Of a DNA stretch of 64,000 nucleotides, positions 38,401 to 52,571 are shown piece by piece. The position numbers were made by a program, and so were the translations under genes. Origin of the DNA: a virus (lineage: Duplodnaviria; Caudoviricetes); the IMG/VR virus record IMGVR_UViG_3300031853_000002, positions 64,001 through 128,000 of that record; one strand, 5' to 3'. Numbering within the stretch: the stretch's first letter is position 1; each line of letters opens with the position of its first letter. The notes beneath the pieces were generated by a model. It did not search any database. It worked only from the letters and a program-made list of their open reading frames with translations, and was not told the origin of the DNA.

Positions 38401-41359
38401 TGTTCCAAAAACTGAAAAGGAAGCTAAAATAACAGGATATCGTGCTTATGGTAATGTTGCTTTTGTTGGAAATGTATCTGAAGATGGAAAGGAATGGATA
38501 TCTACTGGTGGCAAGCCAAGGGATATAGGTATATTTGGTGCTATGAGTCCGGCAGGAACTATACTTGCCAAGACTGGAGCAGAGAAAAGAGAACTTGTAA
38601 GAAAACTTAATTTTATTAAGAGTTTATTCTTATATGATCTTGATATAGACCTTTATGATATTCCTCTTGAACTTCAAAGACAACTTTCTAAGAAGGCACT
38701 AAAAGCAGCTAAATTCTATTTAGTAGCTGAAGATAAGAGTAGTGTTCATAATCTTACAGGTCTTACAACTCTTAAGCAGAATGAACTTGATTTTATTCCT
38801 GGTAAGGTAATCAGTATTCAAGCTAGAGTAGAAACTCCTGCTGGAGAAGCTATTATAACTCTTGGAGCTGTTGCTAATCCTGCTAAATGGATAGAGGGAA
38901 TAGAAAATAACCCAAGTCTTTCTCGTGCCGAAAAAGATGCTCAAATAGCAGAAGCTAAACATTATGAAGAATAGTTAAAAAATCTTATAAATAGTAAAGA
39001 TTAGGAAATTAGAATAAATAAGCCTAAATTTAATGGTCGTACAGAACTTGTTCAATTAAGGGTTGGAGATATTACTGGTTTAGAGAATGCTCCAAATGCA
39101 AGAGATAAGCGTAAAATTAGACTCGAAAATCTATATGACGATATCTCTGAATTTGATGCTAGAACTGGTAACTCTGTTGTAAGTCCTATACATGTTATAA
39201 CTGCACCTATTCCTGGAATAAGTGATAAGTTAGTTGGACATTCTGTATTGTTTGTTTCTAATAATAATACTCTACAACCTGAACAATTAGGTAAACTCTT
39301 TATTCAACAACAAGAAGACAGAGCTAAAGGAATAGAATCTAAAGCACAAGTTAGAATGATTGTTCTTGACAATGCGGGAGTTTCATTCCATTCTCTTTAT
39401 AGAGGAGGTTTCAAGGATATTTATTCAACTAGTGTTCGTGATAAAGAATTTGCTTTCCCATTTAATCTACAAGCACAAAGTATTCGTATGCTTGCTGCTA
39501 TGTGGAACTTCAGAGCAGATCTTAACCGCTTTATAAATGCTATGAATAATTCTGGTTATACCAGAGAATAGCTAATGGATATGGCTAGGACCGATACTGA
39601 ACTTTATCAAGAACTTCAAAATCAAAAGGTTGAAGAATACAGAACTATGTATGGAGAAGATCCAGAAAGAGAACCTGTTATTTCTAATACCGAATATAAG
39701 CAGTGGCTTAATAGTTATTTTGATAGAGATAAAGCTGATAAGGTTCTTAAACTTATTGAGTTCAATGAAAATTCTGATCTTCCTAGATTTAGAGTTGGAT
39801 GGAGTAATAGAGCAGGAGCTTATATAAGAAGAATATATGGTCTGAAAGAGGATAATCCTTATTATAATAGACATTATAAAGGACATTCAGAAAGATTTGA
39901 TCCTAATAATACAAATGGTATCTATATCAATCCTGATCTTGCTGACCAATATGCTGGTATGCTTGATTACTTATTTGATAATGTAGTCGGAAGAATATTC
40001 GATACTACATCTTTAAATAAGAATGAGAATATCAATTATAAGGAAACTGAAAAATGGCTTAATGAAGCTAAGGCTAAGAAGCTAACAATTAACGACGAAG
40101 GTGGTGTTATTCCAATTCCAAGTCAAGAAATGACCAAAGCATTCCCTCTAATTCTTACTAAGATTGCTTCTTATATGCATAGTAAGATGCATTTCGGACA
40201 AGAAGAATTTGATAATAGAAGAAATAGAGAAGGTGATAATGCCCTGTACCATATTTATCTTAATTACGAAAGTAAGACAGACGAAATTGATTACACAGGT
40301 CTTGACTCGTTCTTAAAAGCAACAGTAGGTGGAACAGAGGTTTCTGGACTATTACAAGAATCTAATACAAGAAGAGATGTAATTGGACAGAGTGACTATA
40401 CATATGAAGATGGAGATACAGTTTATCAAGACTGTCGTTTAGATAACTTCTTTAATCTTATGTTCCATGGAGTTGTATTTGAAAAGAACTACAACGAATT
40501 CGATGGAAGTCAACAGCATGATTCTATGGCAATCTTTGGAGATGGATTCTTCTCAGATCCAGTTATTATCAGTGGTAATGGAAGTGCTAGAGATATGATT
40601 GCTGCTTGTGCTACTAATAGAAAGTTATTCAGATTAGATGTAGTTCCAGGTAATCCTATTCTTGAATTTACTTTTGACCAATACAAGGAAGAAACAGAAG
40701 TAAAAGGAGAAGAGGCTGCTACAGAACTACCTATACTAGCAGAAGCTAGAAGTCTAGGTATTGATACTTCAAGATTCAATTTTGATGGCTTTACTGATGA
40801 TGAAATAGCTTCATTTATAGAGAGAAAGTTTGATGAACGTGATAGTAAGGTATTTGCAAAGGGAGAAGGAGACCTTTCTAAATTAGTAATTAGGGTAGAT
40901 ACTAATAAAGTATATACTCTAAGTGATGTTTATCCAGAAGTTGGAAATATTGTAAGCTAGGAAGCTAGTGGAGATGGTACAGCATTCACAGTTACTAATG
41001 ATAAGGGTCTTAAATTTGAGATTCGCTATAATGACCATGAAATCACAGTAAATCAGAAGACTGCTCCAGGAACAAGAACTGTCGATGATAAGGTAGTTAC
41101 TTCGTTCCAAGGACAAGAAGTAAATAAAGCAATACAAGACTTTATTGAAAGTAAATCACAATATGACGATAGTGATGCGCTTAAGAGTTGGATGAGTAAC
41201 AATGAAGGAATTGAGTACTCAGCAGATGATCTAAAAGCAATAAGAAAAGACCTTAGAAATACTCTTGAAGATGAAGGAGTTTTAGAGGATGCTGATATTA
41301 CACTTTTAGAAAATATAATAGATACATTTATCAATCAAATAAATACAAGTGATTGTTAA
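32480..41359 (+). CDS. Giant virion cargo protein with internal SF1 (RecD-like) helicase domain (2959 aa)
   Basis: Walker A TGLGGGGKTS, Walker B LIIDEATH, LLGDENQ, SVQGSEFDYV and LYTMISRSR. Hydrophobic segments in the N-terminal part. Confidence 0.85.
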
Positions 41360-41360
41360 T

Positions 41361-44300
41361 ATGCAGTGTAAATTACCTAATTTTGGGAAATTAGACGAAA
41401 TTGGAGTTCCAGCCGAAATCCTGGAACTCCAAAATTTCGACGACATGGTGAAAGCTATAATGGAGTTTCTTGAAAAGAATACTACTAACTTTAGCTTATC
41501 CGAAGAAGGGTCTTTATCTCCTGAAAAGTATAAGGATTCAGTTGACCTACTAATAGATAAATTCGAAAATTTACTTGACGCTGCTGATAAAAATAATCCG
41601 AATCTTGATCTTAAAAAGGGAGGAAAGCACTCTGAAATGCTTAAAGCTAACCTTAAAAATGAGCTTTATCCCAGAGGAGGTATAACAAGAGAAGAAGAAG
41701 TTGACTTATCAGCGGTAATAGATGGACAGTTGGCAAGTAGGGAAGAAATAGCAGCGCAACGTCTTAACAAGATGTTAGATACTTTCTTTGCTAATAATCT
41801 TCCAGCTAGAGAATACTTCAAAACACACTTTGGTAGAGAACTTGGACTTACTACCGTAGTTAGAATAGGACAAACTTTAAAGGATAGTTCTATTGTTGAT
41901 AGTTAGAAAGCTCTTAATGAAAACATAGAGAAGTTCATGTCTAACCAATATCTTATTTTATATAGATATTTAAACTCTTTAGGACTTGCTAAAGGGTTAC
42001 CAAACTCTATGTTTAGACAAAATAAACCTATTGGAACTTATGTAAATACATTAGATAGATTCTATAATCTTGTAATGCATAAGAGTAAGATAGGTACACT
42101 TGAAGATGAAATCGAACAAGGATGGCAATCAAGTCTTAGTAATGAAACTAACAGTAATGATGGACTATTTAAAGCAGTTAATGCTTACTTGTCTATTGTT
42201 TACTTTGATAAATTATCTAAAGAAGCCATCGGTGATTATATTAGCTCTGACAAGAATCAAGACTTCCCAATTGAAGTTGATTCTGAAGGAGTAACACATT
42301 ATAAATATCGTTTTGGTAAGGATACAGAAAATAGAGTACATGGATGGCAAATTGATGTTCGTGATGCTCTAAAAGAAATGGGTAATTTCTCTAAGTTCCT
42401 TATTTCTAGTATTCCTATTGATGATACATATCTTACTCCAGTTAATTATCTTGGAGCATTCACCAACTTATTTGGAAAGGTACAAGCATTACTTGGAGGT
42501 AGAGAAGAAGTAAGAGCTTTATATAATGATATAGTAACCTTTAACTAGGATCCAGTTAATAAGATGCGTAGTATTCTTTCTCGTATCAATAAATATGATT
42601 CAGTTAGAGATTTCTTATTAAAAGGAGTTGTAAATCCTTATGAAATGAAGGTATTTGATGCTGTTTATGAATATGTATTTAAGGGAAGTAACTCTCTATT
42701 TAATATTGAAGCGGCATATAATAGAGTACATGGTCTTACTAATAGATATCCTCTTGTTGAGAGTCTTGCAGCTTAGATAGGTTCTAGTACAGAAATGTCT
42801 TATCTACAAACTGTATTTGACTATAACACTAATCAATATATAACTACTATTAAGAAGAAATTCCAAACTAATAAGTAGTTCTTTGATATGATTAGATCTA
42901 TCAATAGTAATAACTAGGTAACAGAAGAAGTAGATGTTCCATACAAATTCCTTTCTAAGTCAGCTAATAGATACTCTATAGACTTTGGAGACTATACTTT
43001 AGAAGTAAGTGTAACTCCAGAACTTAACCCTTATGGTATTCTAACTAAATGGTCAGAAACTAAAGGTGTTACTCTAAGCGTAAAGAATAAGCAGAATGGA
43101 GCTGAAACTTCTGTAGAATCTTTATTTGCTAATAAGGATTTAGGAACTAAAGCTAAGAGACAAGCTTTTATAGATAGTATGAATGAAGATATATTCATGA
43201 AACTTCTTGAGTTTGTTGATTTCTTTACTGGAACAGGATTTACATCTACACAAGATGGTCTTTTAGAGTTTGACTTATTTAAGAATAACTTTAAGAAATC
43301 TCCAATTGAAGCACTGCTTACAGCTGTAAGAGGTATGGTAGTTAGAGATATACATACTCAATTTAGAAAGGCTGTAGAGAATGGACAATACTCTTCTAGT
43401 GCTCTTGATAAATTCATTTTAGATAGTAAGATATATAAAGATTCAATTCTTGGAATTGATCCAACTAACAAAGAATGGAGAACTATTTGGGAAGCAGGTG
43501 TACTTGGACCTGACCTTATTACTGTAAGTAATTCCCAAGATTGGGTTGATGATTATGTTACTATTAAATAGATAATGTCTGGAGAAATATCTAAAGCTAA
43601 TACTAAGAACTTAGCTGGTGATAGTGTTCCTAACTATGGACTTGCTTTCATGGGTTCAGACATTCATACTATAGTATCAGATGCACAGCATAAGAGAGAA
43701 GAAGGAAGATTAACATTAACTCCTCTTGATTTCAACTTAATTATGCAAAGTCCAAATTCTGTTAGAGGTACAGTTATTGATACTGATGTACGTCTAGCAG
43801 ATGGTACCACAAAGCAAATTAAGAATATGACAGAAGGAGAGCTATTTTATCATGCTATTGTTGATAAATTCTTAATTCCTCTTACTTCTAAAGACAAATA
43901 TATCATAGTACAGCCAACTACATATTCTGATAAGACTAAGTTTGTAAACTATATGATAAGTACCGTATTTAATGGTAAAGACTTATCTAGAATGTCTAAC
44001 TCAGAACTTGAAAGTCTGTATATAAATAGTATAGGTAAGGGTTATCAAACTATTTTACAGAATGTTCTTGATGATTTTGCTCAAATATTTGACTTACAAG
44101 AACAATACAAACAAGCCTATACAATAGACGAATTTGGAAATGTTACAAGTACTAATGATTTAGCATTAAGACAGTTAGTTACTACTGTAGACAGACGTCT
44201 TAATAATATAACAGAACAAGAATTAGTAGCATTAGCTAGATAGAAAGGAGTAAAATCTGAGATACTAGCTGATACTCACTTTAGATATAATAAACATAGA

Positions 44301-47300
44301 AAACGTGGAGGTAAACAATATCTTTCATTTAATGAATCTCTATATCATTATGCTACTAAGGTTTATACTAAGCAAGGTATAAAACAAAGACTTAATGATG
44401 AAAAGAGAAAGTTCCTTAACCAATTATTAAAGAACAAGATTAGTATCACTGGTATTAGTATGTTTAAAGGTCAGCCTGATCCAGAAAGCTTATTTACAAT
44501 GGCTCTAAAAGATCTTGATGAAACTCCTAGTAATTGGATACAACGTGATGGAACTCTTACTCTTGCCAAAGTAAATGATGAAAATATTGTAGTACATAAT
44601 GCTTTCCCAGAAGGAACTAATGTAGAACTTAACCCAATTTTGGATAAATATTTCATGTTAAATAGTCTTCTTGGAAACAATCTACGTATGGTTCTTACTG
44701 GTTCAGAGATTAACCATAAGAATAAACATTTAGCTGGAATTAACCCTGCTCTTGTTATTAGTAGGCTATACAACGAAAAGGACAAGGCTGCTAATCTGAA
44801 TATGCAAGATGCTAATATTAAATAGGCTGTAGAAACAACTGCTTTACAGAAAGGTCTGAATGCAGAAGATTTCTGGAAGTCTATGAGTCTTATAGAGGCT
44901 TATGACCTTATTGATAACATTACTGATACTGCTACTAAGAACAAGGTTAAGAAAGCTATAGATAAGAAGATGTATGAAGTTGAATCTGCTGGTCAGGGAG
45001 CACAATTAAAACGTAATGTTATTATCCCTGCCACTATGAGATATTATACTCAGAATAGTTTAAGAGGTATTCCAAGAACAATGCGTCTTGCTATTATGAA
45101 TGATATTCAAGCAGATGTATTCAACTTTACAGGAGACAATGGTACTATAGATTCCCATGATGGTGCTGCATATATCAATCCTATTACATCTATCTTAGAA
45201 AACTGGTCACTTCAAGAAAATGAAGTTGGTACAGTTAAAAAGCCTATTTGGCATTATTATGACAAGGAACATATGACTTCTTCTCTTGTTAAGTTTGCTG
45301 CACATACAATTACTAATAATATGATGTAGCAATCTATAGGTTCAAGAGTTAACATGTTAAACATGTTTAAGAAGATGTCTAATACTCCTTGGGCACAAAC
45401 AGGCAATATTCTTTTATATGCTGCACATAAACCTGATGGAGAAATAACTTTCCAAGACCTTACAGGTGGAAATGCATTATATTATAAAGGACCAGAGGGT
45501 GTACACTACAAGATAGTAGACTTTGGCTATGAAGATGGAGTTTATTGGACCGATGAAATTAGAGTAAATGATAAAGGTATTGGTAGTAAGCCAGAGCGTA
45601 AATATCATTATTTTGATGCTGACAGTAATCATATAATTGCTACCAAGAAATTAGAAGGTTACCATACTATGTCTTCTATTTATGAAGCACATCAAGTATT
45701 TGGTGGTATAAACAGTGAATCGCTTATTGGAGAAGGTAGAGATGCTAAACTTCAATACTCTGAAGCTTCTAACTATGTAGTAGCTAATCTTGTAAATAAT
45801 GTTACTGTTCTTACAGAACTTGGTAAAGAATCAAAAACAAGAGAACTTAACCAAAATTACTATGAACAACCTCTTAAAACCTTAATGATAGATTATCTAT
45901 GTAATAATAGTGCTATCAAGAATGGTGCAGGTAATAGAAACGATGCTTCAAGATTCTATAATAATGAAGCTCTTGATACTATAACTCTTGGAACAGAATA
46001 CTATGGTATTCAGATGGACGCTGACCATGAAGCTGATGAAGCTGAAATGACTGAGTTTTCTCAGGTTATATCTGCTTTGGATGCTGGTGGTAGACTTCAT
46101 AACTATGTAAAAGGTATATATCAAGCCCTTGGTCAGATTGCTCTTGAAGAAGCTTCTCTTGAAATGGAAGCTATTACAGCTTATCAGTAGAATCCTTCTG
46201 AGGAAACTCGTGATGCTTTATATGATATTATAGGTAGAACTATTATTAATAATATAAGTACTGCACGTGGTCAAGCTGGACTCGCTGAATCTATTATAGG
46301 ACAAATCAAGAGAAAGTTTAATCTTACTAATAGTCATAATTTCGATGACTTAAAGATTCCATTTAGTGATGCTAACATTTATAGTAATATTCTTTCTACT
46401 TTCGCTTCTATAATTACTAATAAGTCAATTCGTAAGAAGTATCCTGGACTTGGAGCTGTTCTTTCTCCTGGATTCAATATTATGATGGTTTACGATATAG
46501 ATGGTAGACAATACTAGTATAAGGATTTAGTAAAAGAAGCTACTATTCATTATACACAATATAAGAAAAGAGTAGCAGAAGGTAAGGAAGATCCTGAGGA
46601 TGCATACTTCAAAACTATTTATGAGCAAGATAAAACTGCTCTAGAAAATGGTTATTATCTATCATCAGAACAATGGAACAAATAGGTTGTAGAAGCTTAT
46701 TTAATGAAGAAGACTGATGATTATAATGCTCTTAAATGGAAGTATAAGGTAGTAGATATTCCAGGTCAAAATCCGGATTGGGATTTACATACTGAAGAGT
46801 TCATGCCTACAGATAATGTAGGAGTACTTGTTCAGATTGGTGAAGAACAACATTGGGAAGATATTTCTTTGGATTCTATTCCTGACTATTATCTATTTAA
46901 AGCAGATCCAAGAGCCTTCATGCAGGACAAACTTGGATAGCCTGTTAAGATTCTACAATTTAGAAAGAACTTACATAAAGCTCGTAATTTAGCTCCAACT
47001 AAAATCTGGTGGGACTACAAAGGAAAAGCTAATATTCTAAATCCAGAAACGCAGGTACTTGAAAGCAAGACTTTAGATAGAACTACTAATATATTTAATA
47101 GTATTCACTTACTTAGAAAGTTTGCTGAATCATAGAAGGGAGATAAACAAATAAGAATTAACAACTATATAGAAAGACTAAAAGCTCAAGGAGTTAAGGA
47201 ATATTCTAGTACACAAGAATTACTTGATGAACTTGACCAAGGCTTCTATAATGGAGTACCTATTCATTTATATAATACTCCTGCTGAACTTATAATGTCT

Positions 47301-50300
47301 AATATCTATCAATCCAGATTTGGAGTGGATATAGATGAATCCATGATAGATGTTATAAAGGACGGTCCTAAGAAAGCTAAGAATGTAAGGCAGGTACATC
47401 AAAGTGTTGATCCTAACTTCTATGATTTAATAATGACTAAAGCTAATGGTCATCATACCTATATATCTTTAGATAGGGCTTTTGAAACAACTAAGGCTGA
47501 TGAAGATGGAGAACTTCCTGATACTTCATATAGATGGACTTATTGGAAGGATAGACATAGAAAAGCTGTTAATGATCCATTAATAGTTAATGAAGTTTAT
47601 GCAACTAATAAGGAACAGAAAGTTTTATTTAAGATTGGTAGAGATATAAGAAGACCAGATCTTGCTTATAGTTAGGAAGGTAAATACTACTATGATAAGA
47701 ATACACATGAAAGAGTTACAAGGAATGAAAACAGGCTCCAGTATAAAAATGGAGAAGTTATTGAATATGTTGAATTTGTAACTAAACATGAAGTAAAAGA
47801 TCACGGACGTAGACATACAGTCTTAAATATAAATGTTGAAGAATTAAAGAGAACAATTAGTCCTAGAGATATTACTCTTGATAATGGACATACTCTTACT
47901 CCTCAACAAGCTATTGATTAGGATGCTAATACTTATATACAAGAACTATGTAAAGAAATCTATGAAGCAGATTCATATGAAGCCTTTACAGTTAATAATC
48001 AACAAGTTAAACGTTCTAATTTAACAAGATTACAAAGGATATTAGAAGGATTTGCACATAAAGATAAGAATGGTAAGTATAAGTACTTTGGTTACGATGC
48101 TACTCTTACTAATTACTTAGAGGCTATATCTGAGCAGTTCAGTAAGATTCCAGAGACTAAAGAATTTAAGAGACCTGACCTTACTTATGATGCAGATACT
48201 GATACTATCAAATTTATAAAGGCTAAAGATAACGGTTCTATCGCTAAAATTATAGAAGATAGAACAAAAGCGTTAAAAGCAAGGCTCAATTAGAAGAAAT
48301 ATTATTCTTTCTTAAGATCTCAATATTATACAGCTTCTCGTATTCCTGCACAAACTTTACAATCATTCATGAACATGAGACAGATAGGTTATACAGCTGA
48401 GGGTTCTAACCTAGCTTATGTATCTCACTGGCAGACTTGGTAAATTTAACAAATTTTAAGTTGGACATTTTGACTCTTAGTCCAAATTATACTAAATTTA
48501 ATAAAAATAAAATTTTATAATTATGAGAAAAAGTCCAACTAAAATTACGCCAGAGCTTATAGAAAAGCTAAGAGAGCTTGTAGAAGCAGGAAAACAGAAT
48601 AAAGAGATTTCAGAGATTTTAGGCATAGGTACTACTACTATTACTACTTATAAGAAAAAATATAATATAACTTATAAAAAACTTACAGCCGAAGATAGAA
48701 AAGATGAGATTATACAATTATATACTTCAGGTATGTCTACTAAAGATATAGCTTTTAAACTGGGATATTCTTCTCAAACCACTATTAAAAATATACTTAA
48801 TAAATACGGTATAGAGGGGAATAAAGAAAAAGAAATTAAAAGAATTCAAGAAGAAGTATCTAAGGTATGTAATAATTGTAATTCTGTATATGAGGTAAGT
48901 AAAAAAGTAGGATGCAGTGTTAGTACCGTACGTAAGTATATGTCTGAATTTGGACTAAGTTTAAAATTAAAAGAATCTCTTACAGATGAGGATATAAATA
49001 ATATAGATATTCCAGAACTTAAGTACGATTTTAATACAGAAATAAAGAACATTCCAGAAAATGATAGGGCTGAATTTATTATTAATAAAATCAAACTATT
49101 AATTATAAAAAATCGCAAATATACAGGACTTTTATTAGTAAAAAATAATGGAATAAGTGAAAATTATTTGCGAACTTACAACATTAATATTGAAGAAATT
49201 AATAATAGTTTAGGAATAAAAAGAGTTAATGGTTCTTGTCTTGAATTATATTTCTCTGAATTCTGTGAATTAAATAATATAGACTATGAAGCCCAAAAAA
49301 CTTATGAAGATTGTACTTATAAAGATTATTTAAGATTTGATTATTATCTTCCTAAATATAATGTATTAATCGAAATACAGGGAAAGCAACATTACATTCC
49401 AATAGAAAAATTTGGAGGAAAAACTGCTTTTGAAGAAGGAAAACTAAGAGATAATATTAAAAAAGAATGGTGTCATAATCACAACATAAAACTTATATAT
49501 ATTTCTTATAAAGATTTATATCTAAAGGACTATCTAGAAAATCTATTTGAAAAAGAAATATATCCTTGTTGCCAAGTATAAACTGGGTGAATTGCTGGAA
49601 AGTCTAGAGGTAGATAATCAGCAGCCAAGCTAAGTTTAGGATAAAGGAACTTAGAAGGTTCAACGACTAGAGGAATGAGCCTAACAATAATTTCCTCCAC
49701 GAGTGCCCAGCACAGAAATGTGAAGATATAGTCTGAACTTACGGTATAACCTAACCATAAACCGTAGAATTAGAGGATAAAGAGCCTCTAAGATAACAAA
49801 ATGTACAAGGAAGCGATTATGATATTGATAAGGCTTATATAATGGGACTTGCTTTTGATGATAATGGACAATACATAGGATGGTCTAGCTTATTTAATTA
49901 TAATAGCCTTGAAACAATTCAAGCTTCTGAATACTTACCACTTCCTAAAAATGGAGTAATAATCCAAGAATCAGAAAACGGAGTAGATGTATCAGATGAT
50001 GTTGCTATTATTAAATAGGCAAGAGATATCTTAAAGAATAGTCCAGAGGCTAAGCTAATAAATGAATGGGAAGCTAAGAAAGTACTTGCTTATGCTAGAA
50101 TCCTTAATAAGTTAGGAGATAATAACCTTGTTAAAGGTGCTGATCCAGAAACTATTGAGGAACTTAATAACCATAACGCTACTAAACTTCCTGCTGATTT
50201 AAAGGCTGCTGCACTTAGAAACTTTATTTCTGTACATATTCAGAATACTATACAGAATGTTAGAAATGCTGCTGACTCTTATGTTCCTGTAGATATGGAA

Positions 50301-52571
50301 GACTTAAGAAAAGCTGCTGATAACTCTCCTAAAGGTGCTGAATCTTTAGAGATATCTCTAGTAAATCCACTCTCTATATATACTATGCAATATCAGAACA
50401 TGACTGGTAAAAACGTTATTGCTATATCTGCTACTGGTCAGAAAGGTGCTTTCATGTGGATGTATTATTTAAATGATACTATCAAGAATGCTCGAGAAGG
50501 TATTGATTATATAGTAAATGAAGTTGGAGAAGTAGTTCCTGTAGAGAACACTGACTTTGCTTATAGTAGATTTGAATTTACCACAGACAGAATAGCAGGT
50601 AGAAGTAAGACAGTTAATAATATACCTCAAACTCATAAAGTTACTTCTACTACACTTCCAGATGTTAATGTAGAAGACCTACAAGACCTTAATCTTATAA
50701 AGTACATTGAATCAGGAAAGTTACACTCTGGTATTCCTATTGACATTATGATTAGCCAGATGATTAGTGCTGCTACAGATAACGCTAAAGAGCTTATTCT
50801 TGCTAAGATTAATGCTGGTAGTAAATTAGCTAAGTGTTACTTATTCTTAATGACTCTTGGTTATGATATTAATGATATAGTTAAATTCATGACTAGTGAT
50901 GCTGTTTCTTGGATAGACTCTCTATCTGATCCTAACATATTCTTAGGACAAGAACTTAGACCTGATGAAGCTATTACTGAAATAGAGAAGTACTTAAAGA
51001 ACTACGACACTAATAAGGATATTGACCATTATGAAGATGAATTTGGTGGAGAAGTAGATAACTCTCGTGATAGATTATCTCTGTTAAAGAGTATAATTCC
51101 TTCAGATTTGACTGCTTCACAAAGACAAGAAGCTTTAGCAGATTTAGCTGAATTCAAGAGAGTTATGGAAGGTTCCGATGAATTTAGTACTTTCGGACGA
51201 TTCTTAAGCATTAACCAAGGTCTTCCTGGTAAGGCTGAAGATTTGGAAGGAGTACTTTCTAATATCAAGAAGATTATTACTAAGAGAGAAAAGGATATGG
51301 GTATTGTAAATTCAGATGGAGTACTTACTGAAGCTCCTGATGATAGATACATAGATATTGCAGGAGGAATGTTCGATCCAGTTAGATGGTTACAAGACGA
51401 AGAATATCAAACTCGTGTAGCTGAATACTATAACAAACTAAAAGTTACCTTAAATATATTTGCAATTGCTCCTAAACTACCTCACTTTAAGAGTATGTTT
51501 AAACTGCTTGGAGGTGAATGTACTGTTAATCAGTTCTCAGTAAAGAGTAAGATTCTCAGTGCTTGTCTTAATAAGATAGCAAGAGAATGTCCTAAACTTT
51601 ACTTAGACGATAAGTATTATTCAAGAATTTTAGGATTTGCTTCATCTATAATGATGCAGCAATTTATTGTTGATAGTGGCTTTAAATTCCCAATAAAAGG
51701 CTCTATATTAGACAGTAATAGAACAATCGCAAATAATCGTTCTGGAATATTATCATTAGATACTGAAGAGGGTATTGCTTCATTTAAATACTACTTCGAA
51801 AATGTGGTTATTCCTGGATTAAAGGCTGGAACTTATGGAGATTGGGATGATGAAACTAAAGAAACTATTCGTAGAAATCCATTCATTCAAGCCTTAATGA
51901 GAGGTAATGATAGAGATGTTCCTGTTTGGAAAACAAACGTTAATATTTCTTCTGATTCTTCTTATACAAGAGTTCAATTATCAAGATTTAGTAAAGGACT
52001 TAATCAACTATCTAACTATAAGATTGGTAATTTATCTGTATCTGATTGGTTTGCAGTTTATAACTTGATTGTAAATAAGAACCAATATGGATCTGACCGT
52101 CTTACTAAGATATTTGAAGGATTTATTAAAGAATTTGATAATAAGGGCGATAATATAATTAACAGATATTTAAAATATGTAGGAGAGCATGATTACTCTG
52201 AACAAGAGATAGATAAGATGATGGACTTTACTGCTATGGACTTATTTATTGCTCAAGCAAGAGTAGTATCTAGTCTGAAAGGACAAAAAGATCCTGTAGT
52301 TATTATGTATGAGGATAAAGTTCCTGTATATTATAAGAATATAGGCTTTAACAGATATGAGAAGATGGATGATATACTTCCAGCTCTTCCGGGTGAAAGT
52401 ATAGAACAAAGACTTCATCGATTCTATTTAGATAGAGCATACTTTATATTAGGAAAGCCTTATTCTAATATAATAACTAAAGTAAAGGACCAACTTAATC
52501 AAGCTCCTACATTTGCTATAGCTGAATTAATGAGATAGACTAAGTTGTTATTAGACATTAATTGTGCATGA
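41361..52571 (+). CDS. Virion-packaged two-barrel RNA polymerase, exons 41361-48441 and 49804-52571 (3282 aa spliced)
   Basis: SRIPAQ motif, and spliced ...WQTW-L-QGSDYDIDK gives the crAss-type DxDID catalytic motif. All track fragments share one frame. Confidence 0.9.
48442..49803 (+). mobile_element. Group I intron 3 in vRNAP (1362 nt), endonuclease in P1 loop
   Basis: 5' exon ACUUGGU pairs with GCCAAGU (49571-49577), and CCUUGU pairs with 3' exon ACAAGG. Core elements lie at ~49590-49735, and the intron ends in G. Confidence 0.93.
48523..49581 (+). CDS. Intron-encoded endonuclease: tandem HTH repeats plus Vsr/DUF559-like (EDxHD-type) nuclease domain
   Basis: Three HTH-like units, then RFDYYLPKYNVLIEIQGKQHY...RDNIKKEWC...IKLIYI. 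Confidence 0.85.
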   Translation: MRKSPTKITPELIEKLRELVEAGKQNKEISEILGIGTTTITTYKKKYNITYKKLTAEDRKDEIIQLYTSGMSTKDIAFKLGYSSQTTIKNILNKYGIEGNKEKEIKRIQEEVSKVCNNCNSVYEVSKKVGCSVSTVRKYMSEFGLSLKLKESLTDEDINNIDIPELKYDFNTEIKNIPENDRAEFIINKIKLLIIKNRKYTGLLLVKNNGISENYLRTYNINIEEINNSLGIKRVNGSCLELYFSEFCELNNIDYEAQKTYEDCTYKDYLRFDYYLPKYNVLIEIQGKQHYIPIEKFGGKTAFEEGKLRDNIKKEWCHNHNIKLIYISYKDLYLKDYLENLFEKEIYPCCQV

